From Steroidobacteraceae bacterium (lineage in GTDB: Bacteria; Pseudomonadota; Gammaproteobacteria; Steroidobacterales; Steroidobacteraceae): a stretch of DNA of 64,000 nucleotides. The position numbers and the translations under genes were made by a program. The notes under the pieces were generated by a model. That model had not been told where the DNA came from. It saw only the letters and a list, made by a program, of their open reading frames with translations, and made no database searches. Each line of letters begins with the position of its first letter. Position 1 is the stretch's first letter. The DNA is taken from assembly GCA_025451845.1 (NCBI GenBank), contig JANWJS010000028.1, forward strand, positions 28,189 through 92,188, in the 5' to 3' direction. This document shows positions 51,344 through 62,731 of the stretch, in pieces.

Positions 51344-52153
51344 TCACTCAGTCCGGTCACGCACCGTGACCGGCGCGCCCCGGCTCAGGCCCAAGCCTTC
51401 GGCGGCGCTCTGCTCCGCCCGGGCGATCTCCACTACCCCGAAGGAATTGATGAGCGCCAGGTATTCCCCCGGCCGCGTATCGCCATAGGTCCGCAGCAGC
51501 GGGAAAGCGTGATTGCCTGCGTGCACCAGCGGTAACCGGAAGCGCTCGATCAGCGGCGCGTCGATGTTGCTGATGAGATTGCCAAAATGGTCGATGGTGA
51601 TGACTACGCCGGAAACGCTGGCGTGCTCGACCGAAGGCTCATCGACCCACGACGGGACCAGGGAGGCGGCGGTCGCCGGCTCGCCCAGGTCCGCAGGGAC
51701 GCATCGGCCCGCGGCGAGCTCGGCGGCGAGAGGCGCGAAGATGTCCCGGCCGTGAAAGGTGGCGCTGGCGTGGTGGATTGCGAGCCGTGCCAAGCCCGAC
51801 GGGCGCAGGCGCGCGATGGATGCCCCGGGATGCCGCACTACCAGCGGGGCGAGGAGCCCGTTGTCGGGAGCCACGAAGAGATGCTCGGCGGCGCTGACGA
51901 TAATGATGTCCCGAGAGGTCCCTACTCCCGGATCCACTACCGCCACATGCACGGTACCCGCAGGGAAGTACTGAAAAGCCCTGGCGAGCCAGAATCCGGC
52001 CTCAGCCGGCCAGTGGACAACGATCTCGTGCGTGAGGTCGATGATCTTCGCCGTTGGCAGACGCCCGAGAATGCGGCCCTTCATGACGCCGGCAAACGGA
52101 CCCTGGTGCCCGAAGTCCGTCGTGATCGTGATGACACCGGAAGGTCGCGTCAT
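51344..52153 (-). CDS. SAM hydrolase / SAM-dependent halogenase family (DUF62)
   Basis: ITITTDFG, VAVVDPGVG, APDNGLL, TFHGRDIFAP, IDHFGN. Confidence 0.9.
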   Translation of the reverse strand: MTRPSGVITITTDFGHQGPFAGVMKGRILGRLPTAKIIDLTHEIVVHWPAEAGFWLARAFQYFPAGTVHVAVVDPGVGTSRDIIIVSAAEHLFVAPDNGLLAPLVVRHPGASIARLRPSGLARLAIHHASATFHGRDIFAPLAAELAAGRCVPADLGEPATAASLVPSWVDEPSVEHASVSGVVITIDHFGNLISNIDAPLIERFRLPLVHAGNHAFPLLRTYGDTRPGEYLALINSFGVVEIARAEQSAAEGLGLSRGAPVTVRDRTE

Positions 52154-52156
52154 ACC

Positions 52157-52522
52157 TCAGCCTTTCCTCGGCGGGGCCGAGCCGGGGGGGCGGCGCGTTC
52201 CCTCGGCGCAGGTGCGGCAGCGGTCTGTATAAGGCACCGCTTGCAGCCTTTCCTCCTCGATGGCCTCGCCGCAGACCGCGCAGGTGGTGTATCGGCCCTC
52301 TTCGAGTCGCCGCAGGGCCGCCTGCAGCAGGCGCAACTCCTGCTGCGCCGACTCGGAAATGGCCCCGAGCACGTCATCGGACTCGCGCTGAGTCACCTGC
52401 TCGGCAAAATCCGCGCTGAGGGGATCGGACTCGTGCCGCAAGTCTGCGCTGGCTCTGCTCGCCCGCGTCTGGAGCTCCTCCCGGCGCATGAGCAGGCGTG
52501 TACGTACCGCTTGTGTATCCAC
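52157..52522 (-). CDS. TraR/DksA C4-type zinc-finger protein
   Basis: Coiled coil plus CAVCGEAI..RL.AVP...C..C. Confidence 0.85.
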   Translation of the reverse strand: MDTQAVRTRLLMRREELQTRASRASADLRHESDPLSADFAEQVTQRESDDVLGAISESAQQELRLLQAALRRLEEGRYTTCAVCGEAIEEERLQAVPYTDRCRTCAEGTRRPPGSAPPRKG

Positions 52523-52575
52523 TGGAGCCTCCCGGCTGATGCAGGAGCAATGCGAGTGCGTAATATAAACCGCTC

Positions 52576-53703
52576 ATGATCGTGTTGACCGTCAACACCG
52601 GCAGTACCTCGGTCAAACTGGCCGCCTATCAGGCGGATCCGGGGTCCGGCGAAGCCGTGCCGCCACCGCGGCGGCTGGCGGCACGGCATCTGACCGGCGC
52701 CGGGCTGGATCCCGCGGCGGCGCTGCGCGCCTTCCTCGGAGAATTGCAGGGGCATCCCACTGCCATCGCGCATCGCGTCGTCCATGGCGGCACGCGCTTC
52801 ACCGGTCCTGCGCTCATCGATGACGCCGCGCGCGCAGCAATCTCGCGGCTCTCCGAGCTGGCGCCGCTGCACAACCCCGTGGCCGTCCGCTGGATCGACG
52901 CGGCGCGCGAGGTCTTTGGCGCGGGCGTCACGCAAGTGGCGGCCTTCGACACCGCCTTCTTTTCGGCCCTCCCCCGCGTCGCTGCGGAATACGCGCTACC
53001 ACCGGAGCTGGGCGCGCAGCTCGGTATCCGCCGCTATGGGTTTCACGGGCTGGCGCACCAGGCGATCTGGCAGCGCTGGTGTGAGCTCGAGCCCAAGCTT
53101 CCGGCGGGCGGCAAGCTCGTGACCGTGCAGCTCGGCGGGGGCTGCTCCATGGCGGCGCTCGACGGTGGCCGGCCGCTCGATACCTCGATGGGCTTCTCAC
53201 CGCTCGAGGGCCTGGTCATGGCCACCCGTTCCGGGGACATCGACGCCGCCATCGTGCCGTACCTCGAGCGGCAGCTCGGGGTGAGCGGCGAGAAGGTCGT
53301 GGAGATGTTGAACGAGCGCTCCGGTCTCGCCGGCGTTGCCGGCGAGACCGGTGACCCGCAGTCGCTGCTCGACAGCGGCAATGATCGGGCTCGGCTCGCG
53401 GTCGAGCTCTACTGCTACCGGGCGCGGAAGTACCTCGGCGCCTATTTCACCGTGCTCGGCGGCTGCGACGGCATCGCCTTCGGCGGCGGCGTGGGCGAGC
53501 ACGTCGCGGAAGTGCGCGCACGCATCCTCACGGGTCTCGAGTGGGCGGGCATTGCGCTCGATCGCGCCGCCAATCAGGCCGCGAGCGGCAGCGAGTCGCG
53601 CATCAGCGCGGCCGGTAGCCGGGCGCGTGTCTGGGTGATACCCGTCGACGAGGAGCTGCCCATGGTGCGCGCGGCACTGTCGGTGGCTAAACTGGCTCGA
53701 TAA
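52576..53703 (+). CDS. ackA: Acetate/propionate kinase
   Basis: NTGSTSVK, HRVVHGG, APLHNP, YGFHG, PLEGLVMATRSG. Confidence 0.9.
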   Translation: MIVLTVNTGSTSVKLAAYQADPGSGEAVPPPRRLAARHLTGAGLDPAAALRAFLGELQGHPTAIAHRVVHGGTRFTGPALIDDAARAAISRLSELAPLHNPVAVRWIDAAREVFGAGVTQVAAFDTAFFSALPRVAAEYALPPELGAQLGIRRYGFHGLAHQAIWQRWCELEPKLPAGGKLVTVQLGGGCSMAALDGGRPLDTSMGFSPLEGLVMATRSGDIDAAIVPYLERQLGVSGEKVVEMLNERSGLAGVAGETGDPQSLLDSGNDRARLAVELYCYRARKYLGAYFTVLGGCDGIAFGGGVGEHVAEVRARILTGLEWAGIALDRAANQAASGSESRISAAGSRARVWVIPVDEELPMVRAALSVAKLAR

Positions 53704-53723
53704 TCCCAGCCGAGTACAGTGCC

Positions 53724-54017
53724 ATGAGCCCACAGTTCGATGCCGGAAAGCTCGCCGAAGACATCAAGACGCTGGTGAGAGATGCCGAAACACTCTTGCG
53801 GGCAAGCGCAGAGAACGCAGAGGACCTGACCGAGGAGGCGCGGCAGACCGCCGAGCGCTCGCTGCACGCCCTGCGCAGTCGGCTGAGCGAGATCGAGCGC
53901 GACCTCAAGGGACGCGCCGAGGTGCTCGACGGCTACGTGCATGACAACCCATGGACGGCCGTGGCGGTCGCCGGCGGTGTTGCGCTGCTCCTGGGCCTCC
54001 TGATGGGCCGCCGTTGA
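53724..54017 (+). CDS. DUF883 (ElaB/YqjD) family protein
   Basis: YVHDNPW..V.VA.GV..LLG.L..RR C-terminus. Confidence 0.85.
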   Translation: MSPQFDAGKLAEDIKTLVRDAETLLRASAENAEDLTEEARQTAERSLHALRSRLSEIERDLKGRAEVLDGYVHDNPWTAVAVAGGVALLLGLLMGRR

Positions 54018-54445
54018 TGAATGATCAGATCGCGCAGCCGGCTGCAGAGGCCGAGGGGGAGGCCGCGCCGCGCGGGCCGGGTCTCGTTCGCGGCCTCATC
54101 GCCGCGTTCCTCGACTCCGTCAAGACGCGCCTCGATCTCGCCGCCGTCGAGGCGGAGATCTATCTCGTCTATGTCGCACAACTCCTCCTGTGGGGTTTTG
54201 CGGCGGTCGCCTGCGCACTGCTCGCGATCGTATTCGCGCTGACGGCGGTGATCATCGCGGTGTGGCAGACGCATCGCATGGCGGGGCTGATAGGGAGCAT
54301 GGTCGTCCTGGTCATCCTCGCCGTGATTTGCGGCATGATCGGGGCACGCATCTTCCGCGGGCGGCCGCCGCTGCTCTCGGGCACACTCGGACAGTTCGAG
54401 CATGACCAGCGCCGCGTGGGCGGCACCGACGGAGGCGAATCATGA
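54017..54445 (+). CDS. YqjE-like membrane protein (holin-X family)
   Basis: TRLDLAAVE, two TMs; follows DUF883 gene. Confidence 0.75.
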   Translation: MNDQIAQPAAEAEGEAAPRGPGLVRGLIAAFLDSVKTRLDLAAVEAEIYLVYVAQLLLWGFAAVACALLAIVFALTAVIIAVWQTHRMAGLIGSMVVLVILAVICGMIGARIFRGRPPLLSGTLGQFEHDQRRVGGTDGGES

Positions 54446-54765
54446 GGCGGCTCCATGAGCTCGAGGCGCGCCGGCGCACGCTGATCGCCCGCTGCGAGCA
54501 GCAAAGACTCGAGATCGCTTATCGTCTCGCCGAGCTCAGTCCGGCGGCGCAGCTCTCCCAGTGGACACGGCGGGCGCCCACCTCAGCCGCGAGTCATCCG
54601 TTCGCGTGGCTCGTTTCGCTCGCAACCCTGTTCGTCATGATGCGCGAGCGGCGCCTGGTGGGTTGGATCGGCAAGGTGAGCGCCGGTGTGGCGCTGCTCT
54701 CGCGCGCGAGCGCCGTCGTCAAGTTGCTCCGGCAGATTCGCTCGCTGAGTGCCGCGGTGCGCTGA
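54442..54765 (+). CDS. YqjK-like protein
   Basis: RRRTLIAR.EQQR; third gene of the yqjDEK-type cluster. Confidence 0.55.
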   Translation: MRRLHELEARRRTLIARCEQQRLEIAYRLAELSPAAQLSQWTRRAPTSAASHPFAWLVSLATLFVMMRERRLVGWIGKVSAGVALLSRASAVVKLLRQIRSLSAAVR

Positions 54766-55774
54766 GCGACGGCTGCTGCGTTGTCTGCTGCGTCGTCTGC
54801 TGTGCCGGCTGCGACTGCTGGGGCGCTCCGGGCGCATTGGCCGGCGGAGTGTAATCGGCCTGAAGGCCGATGAGCTGCGGGATGCCGTTCGCCTGGGTGG
54901 CGACCTCGCGCACCTTGTCCCAGTCGATGGCGACCACGTTCTTGCCGAGGGCCGTATCGATGATCTGAGAGATCTTGTCGAAGTCCGGCGGCGCCGGCGT
55001 GTGATCGGCGCTGGTGGTCGGCGGATGGACCTCGAGGTATAGCTCGCCGCCCTGGAGGCTCGCCAGCACTGGCTCGTTCACTATGGTCACCGGCGTACCC
55101 ACGCGCACGATCGGAAAGAGGGCCGCGATGTCTTCAGGATACAGACGCACGCAGCCATGTGTGACTGACATGCCGATCGCCATGGGGTTGTTGGTGCCGT
55201 GAATGTAGATCTCGCCGTGACTCAGGCTGGTCTCGAGCGCCCACTCACCCATCGGATTGTCCGGTCCGGCCGGCCAGACCTTCGGGATGGGGTCACCGGC
55301 CTCCTGGTGTGCCTTGAGGATGTGCGCGGTCGGTATCCAGACGGGATGAGGCACCTTGCGGACGATGTGTGTCACGCCGACGGGCGTCGGGAAGTCACCC
55401 TCCCCGGGGCTCGCCGGGTAAGTGATCACGATCGGCTGCTCATGCCGGCGCGCCTTCGGAAAGTAGAAGAGCCGATGCTGCGGCAGGTTGATGATGATGC
55501 CCTTGTGCTCGACGGTCGGTACGATGAAGCGCCCGGGGATGGTGACGTTGGTGCCCTGCCCCGGCAGCCACATGTCCACTTTGGGATTGGCTTCCTGGAT
55601 CTCCCAATACCCGACGCTGTACCTGCGAGCGAGGTCGAGCAGCGTGTCGGTTTTCACCGACTGGATCTGCTGATCCTGCCCGATGAGCGAGCTGCCGTCC
55701 GGCGGCAGGGTGAACACCGCCGCGTGGCTCACCGTGGCCAGCAGGGACCCCACCATACCAGCCGCCAGCCGCAT
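54719..55774 (-). CDS. L,D-transpeptidase (ErfK/YbiS/YnhG family)
   Basis: EANP.VD.WLPG, INLPQHRLFYF, GPDNPMG, IHGT..HGCVRL; start uncertain (55774-55834). Confidence 0.9.
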   Translation of the reverse strand: MRLAAGMVGSLLATVSHAAVFTLPPDGSSLIGQDQQIQSVKTDTLLDLARRYSVGYWEIQEANPKVDMWLPGQGTNVTIPGRFIVPTVEHKGIIINLPQHRLFYFPKARRHEQPIVITYPASPGEGDFPTPVGVTHIVRKVPHPVWIPTAHILKAHQEAGDPIPKVWPAGPDNPMGEWALETSLSHGEIYIHGTNNPMAIGMSVTHGCVRLYPEDIAALFPIVRVGTPVTIVNEPVLASLQGGELYLEVHPPTTSADHTPAPPDFDKISQIIDTALGKNVVAIDWDKVREVATQANGIPQLIGLQADYTPPANAPGAPQQSQPAQQTTQQTTQQPSLSAPRHSASESAGAT

Positions 55775-55890
55775 GCCCGTGGCCCTCCAGCTGGAGTCGC
55801 AGCTTCGCCGATTCAGCCTTCGCATCAGTCCCATTCCAGCAAACCCCTTGGCCCCCTCGCGCCCACCCTACATTGTAACATGCATGGTGC

Positions 55891-56493
55891 ATGCCGCCGA
55901 CACGGAAAATAACTCGCGATTTCTATGCCAGGGGCACGCTCACCGTTGCCCGCGAGCTGATCGGCATGCACCTGGTCCACGCCGTGGACGGCGCGCGACG
56001 CGTAGGCCGAATCGTAGAGACCGAGGCCTACCAGGGCCCGGAGGACCTGGCGGCCCACTCCTCCCGCGGCCGTACGCCGCGGACCGAGGTCATGTTCGGT
56101 CCGCCCGGCCATGCGTACGTGTACTTCATCTACGGCTTCTGGCACTGCCTCAACATCGTGACGGAGGCGAAGGGGGTGCCGCATGCAGTGCTGCTGCGCG
56201 CGTTGGAGCCTGTGACGGGGATCAAGGACAAGACGTGGGGACCGGGGCTGCTCTGCCGGGCGATGGACATCGACAAGCGATTGAACGGCGCGGACCTCTG
56301 CGGCGATGTTCTGTGGCTCGAGAGCTCGCGCCGCTCGCGCGGCCACGAGCCGCCGGCGATCGCGCGCAGCCCACGCATCGGGGTCGATTACGCCGGCGAG
56401 TGGGCGCGCCGTCCCTGGCGCTTCTACGCCAAGGACTCGCGCTATGTCTCGACGGCCTCACCCCGTCTGCGAGCCGTCATCGCCCAGGACTAA
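55891..56493 (+). CDS. DNA-3-methyladenine glycosylase (MPG family)
   Basis: GRIVETEAY, AYVYFIYG, AVLLRALEP, GPGLLC, PRIGV. Confidence 0.92.
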   Translation: MPPTRKITRDFYARGTLTVARELIGMHLVHAVDGARRVGRIVETEAYQGPEDLAAHSSRGRTPRTEVMFGPPGHAYVYFIYGFWHCLNIVTEAKGVPHAVLLRALEPVTGIKDKTWGPGLLCRAMDIDKRLNGADLCGDVLWLESSRRSRGHEPPAIARSPRIGVDYAGEWARRPWRFYAKDSRYVSTASPRLRAVIAQD

Positions 56494-57015
56494 CTGACCG
56501 TGATCGACCGGGATGCGCTGGCCCGGATCATGGTCCATGCGGACCGTGCCCTCCTTGTCACCCAGCCGATAGCGCACCTTGTAGCCTTCCTCCCGGACAG
56601 TTCGCTCGTAGACCGTCGCACATTTGTGCTCGGTCGTCGTGTAGGTGTTGCCTTTCTGCATGCGGTTCTCGATGCGGTTGCCTGCGTAGCCGCCGCCCGC
56701 CGCACCCACGGCCGTCGCGAGGTCGCGCCCCGTGCCGCCGCCCACGTAGTGGCCGAGCAAGCCGCCGACGACCGCGCCGGCAACGGTGCCGACGATATGG
56801 TGATCATCGCGTGACGGACGTTGATGGACCACGGAATCATCGTGGCAATCCTGCTTCGGGGTGCGAATGATCTTCGTGATCGGAATGACCTGCACCACTT
56901 GCGCATATTGCGGACCCTTGTTCATCATCTTGAGACCGGCTACGGCACCGGCGCCCACGGCCAACGCCGTACCAACAGCCGCGCCCAGCAACAAAGATTT
57001 GTTCATCGTAGTCAT
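56458..57015 (-). CDS. Glycine-zipper 2TM protein (YcfJ-like)
   Basis: GAVVGGLLG..VGGG.G..ATAVGAAGGGYAGN, VRMDHDPG. Confidence 0.85.
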   Translation of the reverse strand: MTTMNKSLLLGAAVGTALAVGAGAVAGLKMMNKGPQYAQVVQVIPITKIIRTPKQDCHDDSVVHQRPSRDDHHIVGTVAGAVVGGLLGHYVGGGTGRDLATAVGAAGGGYAGNRIENRMQKGNTYTTTEHKCATVYERTVREEGYKVRYRLGDKEGTVRMDHDPGQRIPVDHGQLVLGDDGSQTG

Positions 57016-57065
57016 TGCCTCCTGTTCAAGCTTGGCAATTCTACGAACGCCTGCCTGAACCGAAC

Positions 57066-59105
57066 CTAACTGCCGCTGTCGCCCGCTCGCGACAGCTCGA
57101 GCAGCTCGCTGCCCTCCGGTACCCGGTCGCCGCGAGCGAAGTGAATAGTCTGCACAACGCCGTCGTAGGGAGCTGTGATGCTGTGCTCCATCTTCATCGC
57201 TTCGATCACCATCAGCACTTCGCCGGCTGTGACGGCCTGACCCTGCTGCACCGTCACCGCCGATACGACGCCCGGGAGCGGTGTCGTGAGTCCGCCGCTC
57301 GCGGCACTCGCGGTGAATTCCTGGGTGCGCGGATCATCGATGAGCAATTCCTGATGGGTATTGCCGCTCCAGAGATGGAGTTGCGCGCCGCACAGGAACC
57401 AGCGGGCGTTGTGCCGCTCATCGTTTAGCACCGCTGTGACCGCGCTCTCCGTGACCGTCACGCCGGCGAGTCGCAGGCGCGTGCCGACATCCTGCCGCGC
57501 GGACTTCTCGGCGGGTGCGGGAAGGAACGCCTCGCAGGGCTGCCCGTCCTCCAGTGTCAATTGCACCCGATGCGGGCGTCCGCCGGTGGACAGTGTCAGC
57601 TCGATGCGTGCCGGCAGGTTCGGCTGGAAGCCGTCGCTCACTTCCCAGGGGCTGGGTGCCGCACGCCGTGCGCTCGCGCCGCGCGCATTGGGGGCCTGGC
57701 GAGCAGCGAGAGCGGCCAACACGAGTGCGGCAGGCGTCACTTCGTGAGGCTGCGAGAATTCCGCCGCACCCCGGTCGAGCAATGCCACGCTGTGTCGCAC
57801 CTCGAGGAAGACCCGGGAGCGCAGGACCCGAGCGAGCCAACGCTCGTTGGTGTGGATGCCGGCGAGGTACGTGTGGTCCAGCGCATCGGCCAACCGCGCG
57901 GCCGCCTGCTCGCGCGTGGGCGCCCAGGCGATGATCTTGGCGATGAGGGAATCGTACACGGGCGGCACGGCATCCTCGCTCTCGAAGCCGGCATCGACTC
58001 GCAGCGACTCGCCGCGCGGCCACTCCGCCAGATGCAGCGTGCCGGCGCTCGGTAAAAAGTCGCGCTCCGGATCCTCGGCGCAGACCCGTGCCTCGATGGC
58101 ATGACCGTCGAGACGGATTTGTGCTTGAGCGAGCGGCAACGGCTCGCCCGCGGCGACCCGCAACTGCCACTCGATGAGGTCCAGCCCGGTGACCGCTTCC
58201 GTGACGGTGTGCTCCACCTGCAGCCGCGTGTTCATCTCCAGGAAGAAGAAGTCTCGCCCGTCGAAGAGAAACTCGACCGTGCCGGCGCTGCGGTAGCCGA
58301 TATTGCGCGCCACCAGCACCGCGGCGGCGCGCAGCGCCTCGCGCACCGGCTGCGGCATGGCCGGGGCAGGCGCCTCCTCGAGCAATTTCTGGTGCCGGCG
58401 CTGCACCGAGCAGTCGCGGTCGCCGAGATGCACACAGTTGCCCTGGGCATCGGCGAACACCTGCACCTCGATGTGCCGCGGCTCGGGCAGATACCGCTCG
58501 ATGAGAAGCGTGCCGTCGCCGAAGGCGCTCTCCGCCACCCGGCGCGCGGCCGTCAGGGCTTCGTGCAACTCTTTCGTGGCATGCACCACGCGCATGCCCT
58601 TGCCGCCGCCGCCGGCGGCGGGCTTGACGATGAGCGGCAGGCCCGCCTCGAGCGCGCGCGCCTCGAGATGCTCGATGTCCTGGCGCTCGCCGTCGTAGCC
58701 GGGCAGCACGGGTACCCCCGCCGCCCGCACGCTCGCCTTCGCCACGCTCTTCGAGCCCATGGCGGCGATCGCAGCGGGAGAAGGACCCACGAACACGAGC
58801 CCTGCTTCGAGGCAGGCCTGGGCGAACTGTGCGTTCTCCGACAGAAACCCATAGCCCGGGTGGACCGCCTCGGCACCGGCCTTGCGCGCGGCGCGGATGA
58901 TCGCCTCAATGCTGAGATAACTCTCTGCCGCCGGCGGCGGACCGATGCAGACGGCCTCGTCGGCCTCGCGCACGTGCCGCGCAGAGGCATCCGCGTCGGA
59001 ATAAACAGCGATCGTGCGGATGCCCATCCTGCGGGCCGTGCGAAAGATGCGGCAGGCGATCTCGCCGCGGTTGGCCACGAGGAGACTTCGGATCAGGTTT
59101 GCCAT
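57066..59105 (-). CDS. 3-methylcrotonyl-CoA carboxylase alpha (biotin) subunit
   Basis: ANRGEIA, HPGYGFLSEN, EMNTRLQVEH, EAMKM. Confidence 0.9.
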   Translation of the reverse strand: MANLIRSLLVANRGEIACRIFRTARRMGIRTIAVYSDADASARHVREADEAVCIGPPPAAESYLSIEAIIRAARKAGAEAVHPGYGFLSENAQFAQACLEAGLVFVGPSPAAIAAMGSKSVAKASVRAAGVPVLPGYDGERQDIEHLEARALEAGLPLIVKPAAGGGGKGMRVVHATKELHEALTAARRVAESAFGDGTLLIERYLPEPRHIEVQVFADAQGNCVHLGDRDCSVQRRHQKLLEEAPAPAMPQPVREALRAAAVLVARNIGYRSAGTVEFLFDGRDFFFLEMNTRLQVEHTVTEAVTGLDLIEWQLRVAAGEPLPLAQAQIRLDGHAIEARVCAEDPERDFLPSAGTLHLAEWPRGESLRVDAGFESEDAVPPVYDSLIAKIIAWAPTREQAAARLADALDHTYLAGIHTNERWLARVLRSRVFLEVRHSVALLDRGAAEFSQPHEVTPAALVLAALAARQAPNARGASARRAAPSPWEVSDGFQPNLPARIELTLSTGGRPHRVQLTLEDGQPCEAFLPAPAEKSARQDVGTRLRLAGVTVTESAVTAVLNDERHNARWFLCGAQLHLWSGNTHQELLIDDPRTQEFTASAASGGLTTPLPGVVSAVTVQQGQAVTAGEVLMVIEAMKMEHSITAPYDGVVQTIHFARGDRVPEGSELLELSRAGDSGS

Positions 59106-59127
59106 GCGGGTCGCTCGAAAGTGGCCG

Positions 59128-60732
59128 TTACATGCGGAAGAGCCCGAAGCGCGTGTCCGCGGCGGGCGCATTGCGCACCGTAGCGAGAGAGAGACCCAGG
59201 ATCCGGCGCGTCTCGAGCGGGTCGATCACGCCGTCGTCCCAGAGCCGCGCGGAGGCGTAGTAGGGATGGCCCTGGCGCTCGTACTGCTCGCGGATCGGCT
59301 GTTTGAAAGCCTCCTGCTCCTCTGCCGTCCAGCTGCCGCCCGAACTCTCGAGCTGCCCGCGCTTCACGGTCGCGAGGACACTCGCCGCCTGCTCCCCACC
59401 CATGACGGAGATGCGTGAATTGGGCCACTGAAAGAGGAGTCGCGGTGAGTACGCGCGTCCGCACATCGCGTAGTTGCCGGCGCCGTAACTGCCCCCGACG
59501 ATGACGGTGAGCTTCGGAACCTGCGCGCAGGCCACCGCGGTGACGAGCTTGGCGCCGTCCTTGGCGATGCCGCCCGCCTCGGCCCGGCGGCCGACCATGA
59601 AGCCGGTGATGTTCTGCAGGAAAAGGAGCGGAATGCGCTCGCGGGCACAAAGCTCGATGAAATGCGCCCCCTTGAGGGCGCTCTCGGAGAACAGAATGCC
59701 GTTGTTGGCCAGGATGCCGATGGGGAAACCTGCGAGGTGCGCAAAGCCGCACACCAGCGTCGTGGCGTAGAGCTGCTTGAATTCGTCGAGCTCCGAGCCA
59801 TCCACCAGTCGGGCGATCACCTCGCGCACATCGTACGGCCGGCGCAGGCTCGCAGGCACCGCCCCATAGAGCTCGCGCGGATCGTAATGAGGATCGCGGG
59901 CCGCCTGCGGGGGCGACGTATCCGCTGGCGGCCGCAGCCGGCCCACGATGCGGCGCGCAATGGACAGCGCATGCGTGTCATTCTCGGCGTAGTGATCGCA
60001 CACACCTGACTCGCGGCAATGCACTTCGGCGCCGCCCAGCGACTCCGCATCGATGTCCTCGCCCGTCGCGGCCTTCACGAGCGGCGGTCCGCCAAGGAAC
60101 ACCCTGCCCTGTCCGCGCACGATGACGTTCTCATCCGACATGGCGGGCACGTAGGCGCCGCCAGCAGTGCACGAGCCGTGCACGACTGCGATCTGCGCGA
60201 CACCAGCGGCCGAGAGCGTCGCCTGGTTGTAGAAGATCCGCCCAAAGTGCTCCCGGTCCGGAAACACCTCGTCCTGCGCCGGTAGGAACGCGCCGCCGCT
60301 TTCCACCAGATAGACGCAGGGAAGGTGGTTCTCGCGCGCGATCTCCTGCGCCCGCAGGTGCTTCTTCACCGTGATCGGGTAGTAGGTGCCGCCCTTGACG
60401 GTCGGGTCGTTGGCGACGATGACGCACTCCCGGCCGCTCACCCGCCCGATGCCGGTGATGAGGCCCCCGCAGGCGATACCCCCCCCGTACATGCCGTGCG
60501 CGGCGAGCTGCGAGAGCTCGAGGAACGGGCTGCCGGTGTCGAGAAGTATCTGGATGCGCTCGCGGGCCGTGAGCTTGCCGGCCGCGCGGTGCCGGCTCAC
60601 CGCCTGGGATGATCCGCCCGCGGCCGCGCGAGTCACTTCGGCCTTGAGCTCGGCGGCGAGCTCGCGCATCGCCTTGTCATTGTCGCGGAACTCCTGCGAG
60701 CGGGTATCGAGGCGAGAGGCGATACGGGGCAT
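59128..60732 (-). CDS. 3-methylcrotonyl-CoA carboxylase beta subunit
   Basis: [39 protein letters not shown]. Confidence 0.92.
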   Translation of the reverse strand: MPRIASRLDTRSQEFRDNDKAMRELAAELKAEVTRAAAGGSSQAVSRHRAAGKLTARERIQILLDTGSPFLELSQLAAHGMYGGGIACGGLITGIGRVSGRECVIVANDPTVKGGTYYPITVKKHLRAQEIARENHLPCVYLVESGGAFLPAQDEVFPDREHFGRIFYNQATLSAAGVAQIAVVHGSCTAGGAYVPAMSDENVIVRGQGRVFLGGPPLVKAATGEDIDAESLGGAEVHCRESGVCDHYAENDTHALSIARRIVGRLRPPADTSPPQAARDPHYDPRELYGAVPASLRRPYDVREVIARLVDGSELDEFKQLYATTLVCGFAHLAGFPIGILANNGILFSESALKGAHFIELCARERIPLLFLQNITGFMVGRRAEAGGIAKDGAKLVTAVACAQVPKLTVIVGGSYGAGNYAMCGRAYSPRLLFQWPNSRISVMGGEQAASVLATVKRGQLESSGGSWTAEEQEAFKQPIREQYERQGHPYYASARLWDDGVIDPLETRRILGLSLATVRNAPAADTRFGLFRM

Positions 60733-60797
60733 GGGCTTGTCACGATGGCCTAATTGTCGGACAATCATACGATTCCACCCCGACGGATGACAAGCTC

Positions 60798-61970
60798 ATG
60801 TCCGCGAACTCACCCGTAGACACCGATTTTGGCCTCGGCGAGGGCATCGACGAGATCCGCCAGCAGGTGCGCCGCTTCGCGTCCGAGAAGATCGCCCCGC
60901 GTGCCGCCCACATCGATCAGAGCAATGAGTTTCCGCGCGATCTCTGGCCGGCACTCGGGGTTCTCGGCCTCCTCGGTATCACGGTGCCGGACCGCTGGGG
61001 CGGCGCGGGCCTCGGCTACCTCGCCCATACCGTCGCCATGGAGGAGATCTCGCGCGCCTCGGGCGCCGTGGGACTTTCGTACGGCGCGCACTCCAACCTC
61101 TGCGTCAATCAGCTGCGCCTGAACGGCACCGATGCGCAGCGCGACCGCTATCTCCCAAAGCTCGTCAGCGGGGAGCACGTCGGCGCACTCGCCATGTCGG
61201 AGCCGCAGGCCGGCTCCGACGTCGTCTCGATGCAGCTGCGCGCGGAGCGGCGTGGCGACAGCTACGTGCTCAACGGCCGCAAGATGTGGATCACGAACGG
61301 ACCGGACGCTGACGTTTTCGTCGTCTACGCGAAAACCGATCCAGCCGCGGGCGCTCGCGGCATCACTGCATTCATCGTGGAGCGTGGCTGGCGCGGCTTC
61401 ACGACTGCGCAAAAGCTCGACAAGCTCGGCATGCGCGGCTCCAGCACTTGCGAGCTCGTGTTCGACGATTGTGCGGTGCCGGCGGCCAACCTACTCGGGC
61501 AGGAGAACGGCGGTGCGCGCGTGTTGATGAGCGGACTCGACTACGAGCGGGTAGTGCTCGCCGGCGGCCCGCTCGGCCTCATGGCGGCGGCGCTCGATCT
61601 AGTCCTGCCCTACGTGCACGAGCGCAAGCAGTTCGGCCAGCCGATCGGTACGTTCGAGCTGATGCAGGCGAAGGTTGCTGACATGTATACGGCACTCAGC
61701 GCCTCCCGGGCCTACGTCTACGCGGTGGCAAACGCTTGCGATGCAGGAAGAGTCAAGCGGCAGGATGCGGCGGCTTGCATCCTCTTCGCTGCGGAGAATG
61801 CCACGCGGGTCGCGCTCGAGGCGATCCAGGCGCTGGGCGGCAACGGTTACATCAACGAGTTTCCGGCCGGGCGGCTCCTGCGCGATGCGAAACTCTATGA
61901 GATCGGCGCCGGCACGCAGGAGATCCGCCGCATGCTCATCGGCCGTGAGCTCTACGAAAGCGCGGCATGA
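60798..61970 (+). CDS. ivd: Isovaleryl-CoA dehydrogenase
   Basis: [38 protein letters not shown]. Confidence 0.92.
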   Translation: MSANSPVDTDFGLGEGIDEIRQQVRRFASEKIAPRAAHIDQSNEFPRDLWPALGVLGLLGITVPDRWGGAGLGYLAHTVAMEEISRASGAVGLSYGAHSNLCVNQLRLNGTDAQRDRYLPKLVSGEHVGALAMSEPQAGSDVVSMQLRAERRGDSYVLNGRKMWITNGPDADVFVVYAKTDPAAGARGITAFIVERGWRGFTTAQKLDKLGMRGSSTCELVFDDCAVPAANLLGQENGGARVLMSGLDYERVVLAGGPLGLMAAALDLVLPYVHERKQFGQPIGTFELMQAKVADMYTALSASRAYVYAVANACDAGRVKRQDAAACILFAAENATRVALEAIQALGGNGYINEFPAGRLLRDAKLYEIGAGTQEIRRMLIGRELYESAA

Positions 61971-62731
61971 GCGTCCCATTCGCTCAGATCCTGCGGGTAC
62001 CGGGTTACCGCAAGGTGGCCGCCGCGATCGCCGAGCGCATTCTGAGCCGCGAGCTGCGCGAAGGTGAGCGGCTGCCTTCCGAAACGGAGCTCGCCCGCCA
62101 GTTCGGCGTCAACCGCTCCACCGTGCGCGAGGCGCTGCGGGAACTCGAGAGCGGTGGGTTGCTGGAGCGGCGCCCAGGCTCCAAGCTCATGACCGTCAGC
62201 CGGCCGCAGCACCGCGCCGTCGCCAAGGATGTCAGCCGGGCCCTCGCGCTGCATGACGTCACCTTCTTCGAAGTTTGGGAGGCGCTGACACAATTGGAGC
62301 CGCCCATCGCCGAGATCGCCGCGCGGAACCGCACGGCGGCGGACCTCGACAGCATTACCGCGGCCCGCCAGCAATTCGCCGCTGGCAATACGGAGACCGG
62401 GAAGGCCGTGCATCAGGCCGCGGAATTCTTCCGCTGCGTCGGACGTGCCACCCACAATCAGGTGCTCGCCCTGGCGCAGGAGCCGCTCCTCGACCTTCTC
62501 GAGCCTTCGCTGCGTGTCATGATCGACAAGGTTCCGCAGGCGCGCTCGCGCATCGCGGCCGCGCAGCAGCGCATCCTCGAGGCCATCACCCGACGCGACG
62601 TCGAGGCAGCGCGAGGCTGGATGGCCAAGCACATCCGTGACTTCAGAAAGGGCTACGAGCTCGCTGACATCGCGCTGGATTGTCGTGTTCACGTGTCTCC
62701 CCACCGCTTGCCCGTCACCGGATGCGGATAG
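61967..62731 (+). CDS. GntR/FadR family transcriptional regulator
   Basis: [22 protein letters not shown] plus FCD domain. Confidence 0.88.
   Translation: MSVPFAQILRVPGYRKVAAAIAERILSRELREGERLPSETELARQFGVNRSTVREALRELESGGLLERRPGSKLMTVSRPQHRAVAKDVSRALALHDVTFFEVWEALTQLEPPIAEIAARNRTAADLDSITAARQQFAAGNTETGKAVHQAAEFFRCVGRATHNQVLALAQEPLLDLLEPSLRVMIDKVPQARSRIAAAQQRILEAITRRDVEAARGWMAKHIRDFRKGYELADIALDCRVHVSPHRLPVTGCG

Noticed and set aside
51344..52153. Halogenase-based natural-product cluster
   Set aside because: Stand-alone DUF62 SAM hydrolase with no biosynthetic neighbours.
54017..54445. Holin-family gene as a prophage sign
   Set aside because: Part of the ordinary yqjDEK-type cluster; no phage genes nearby.
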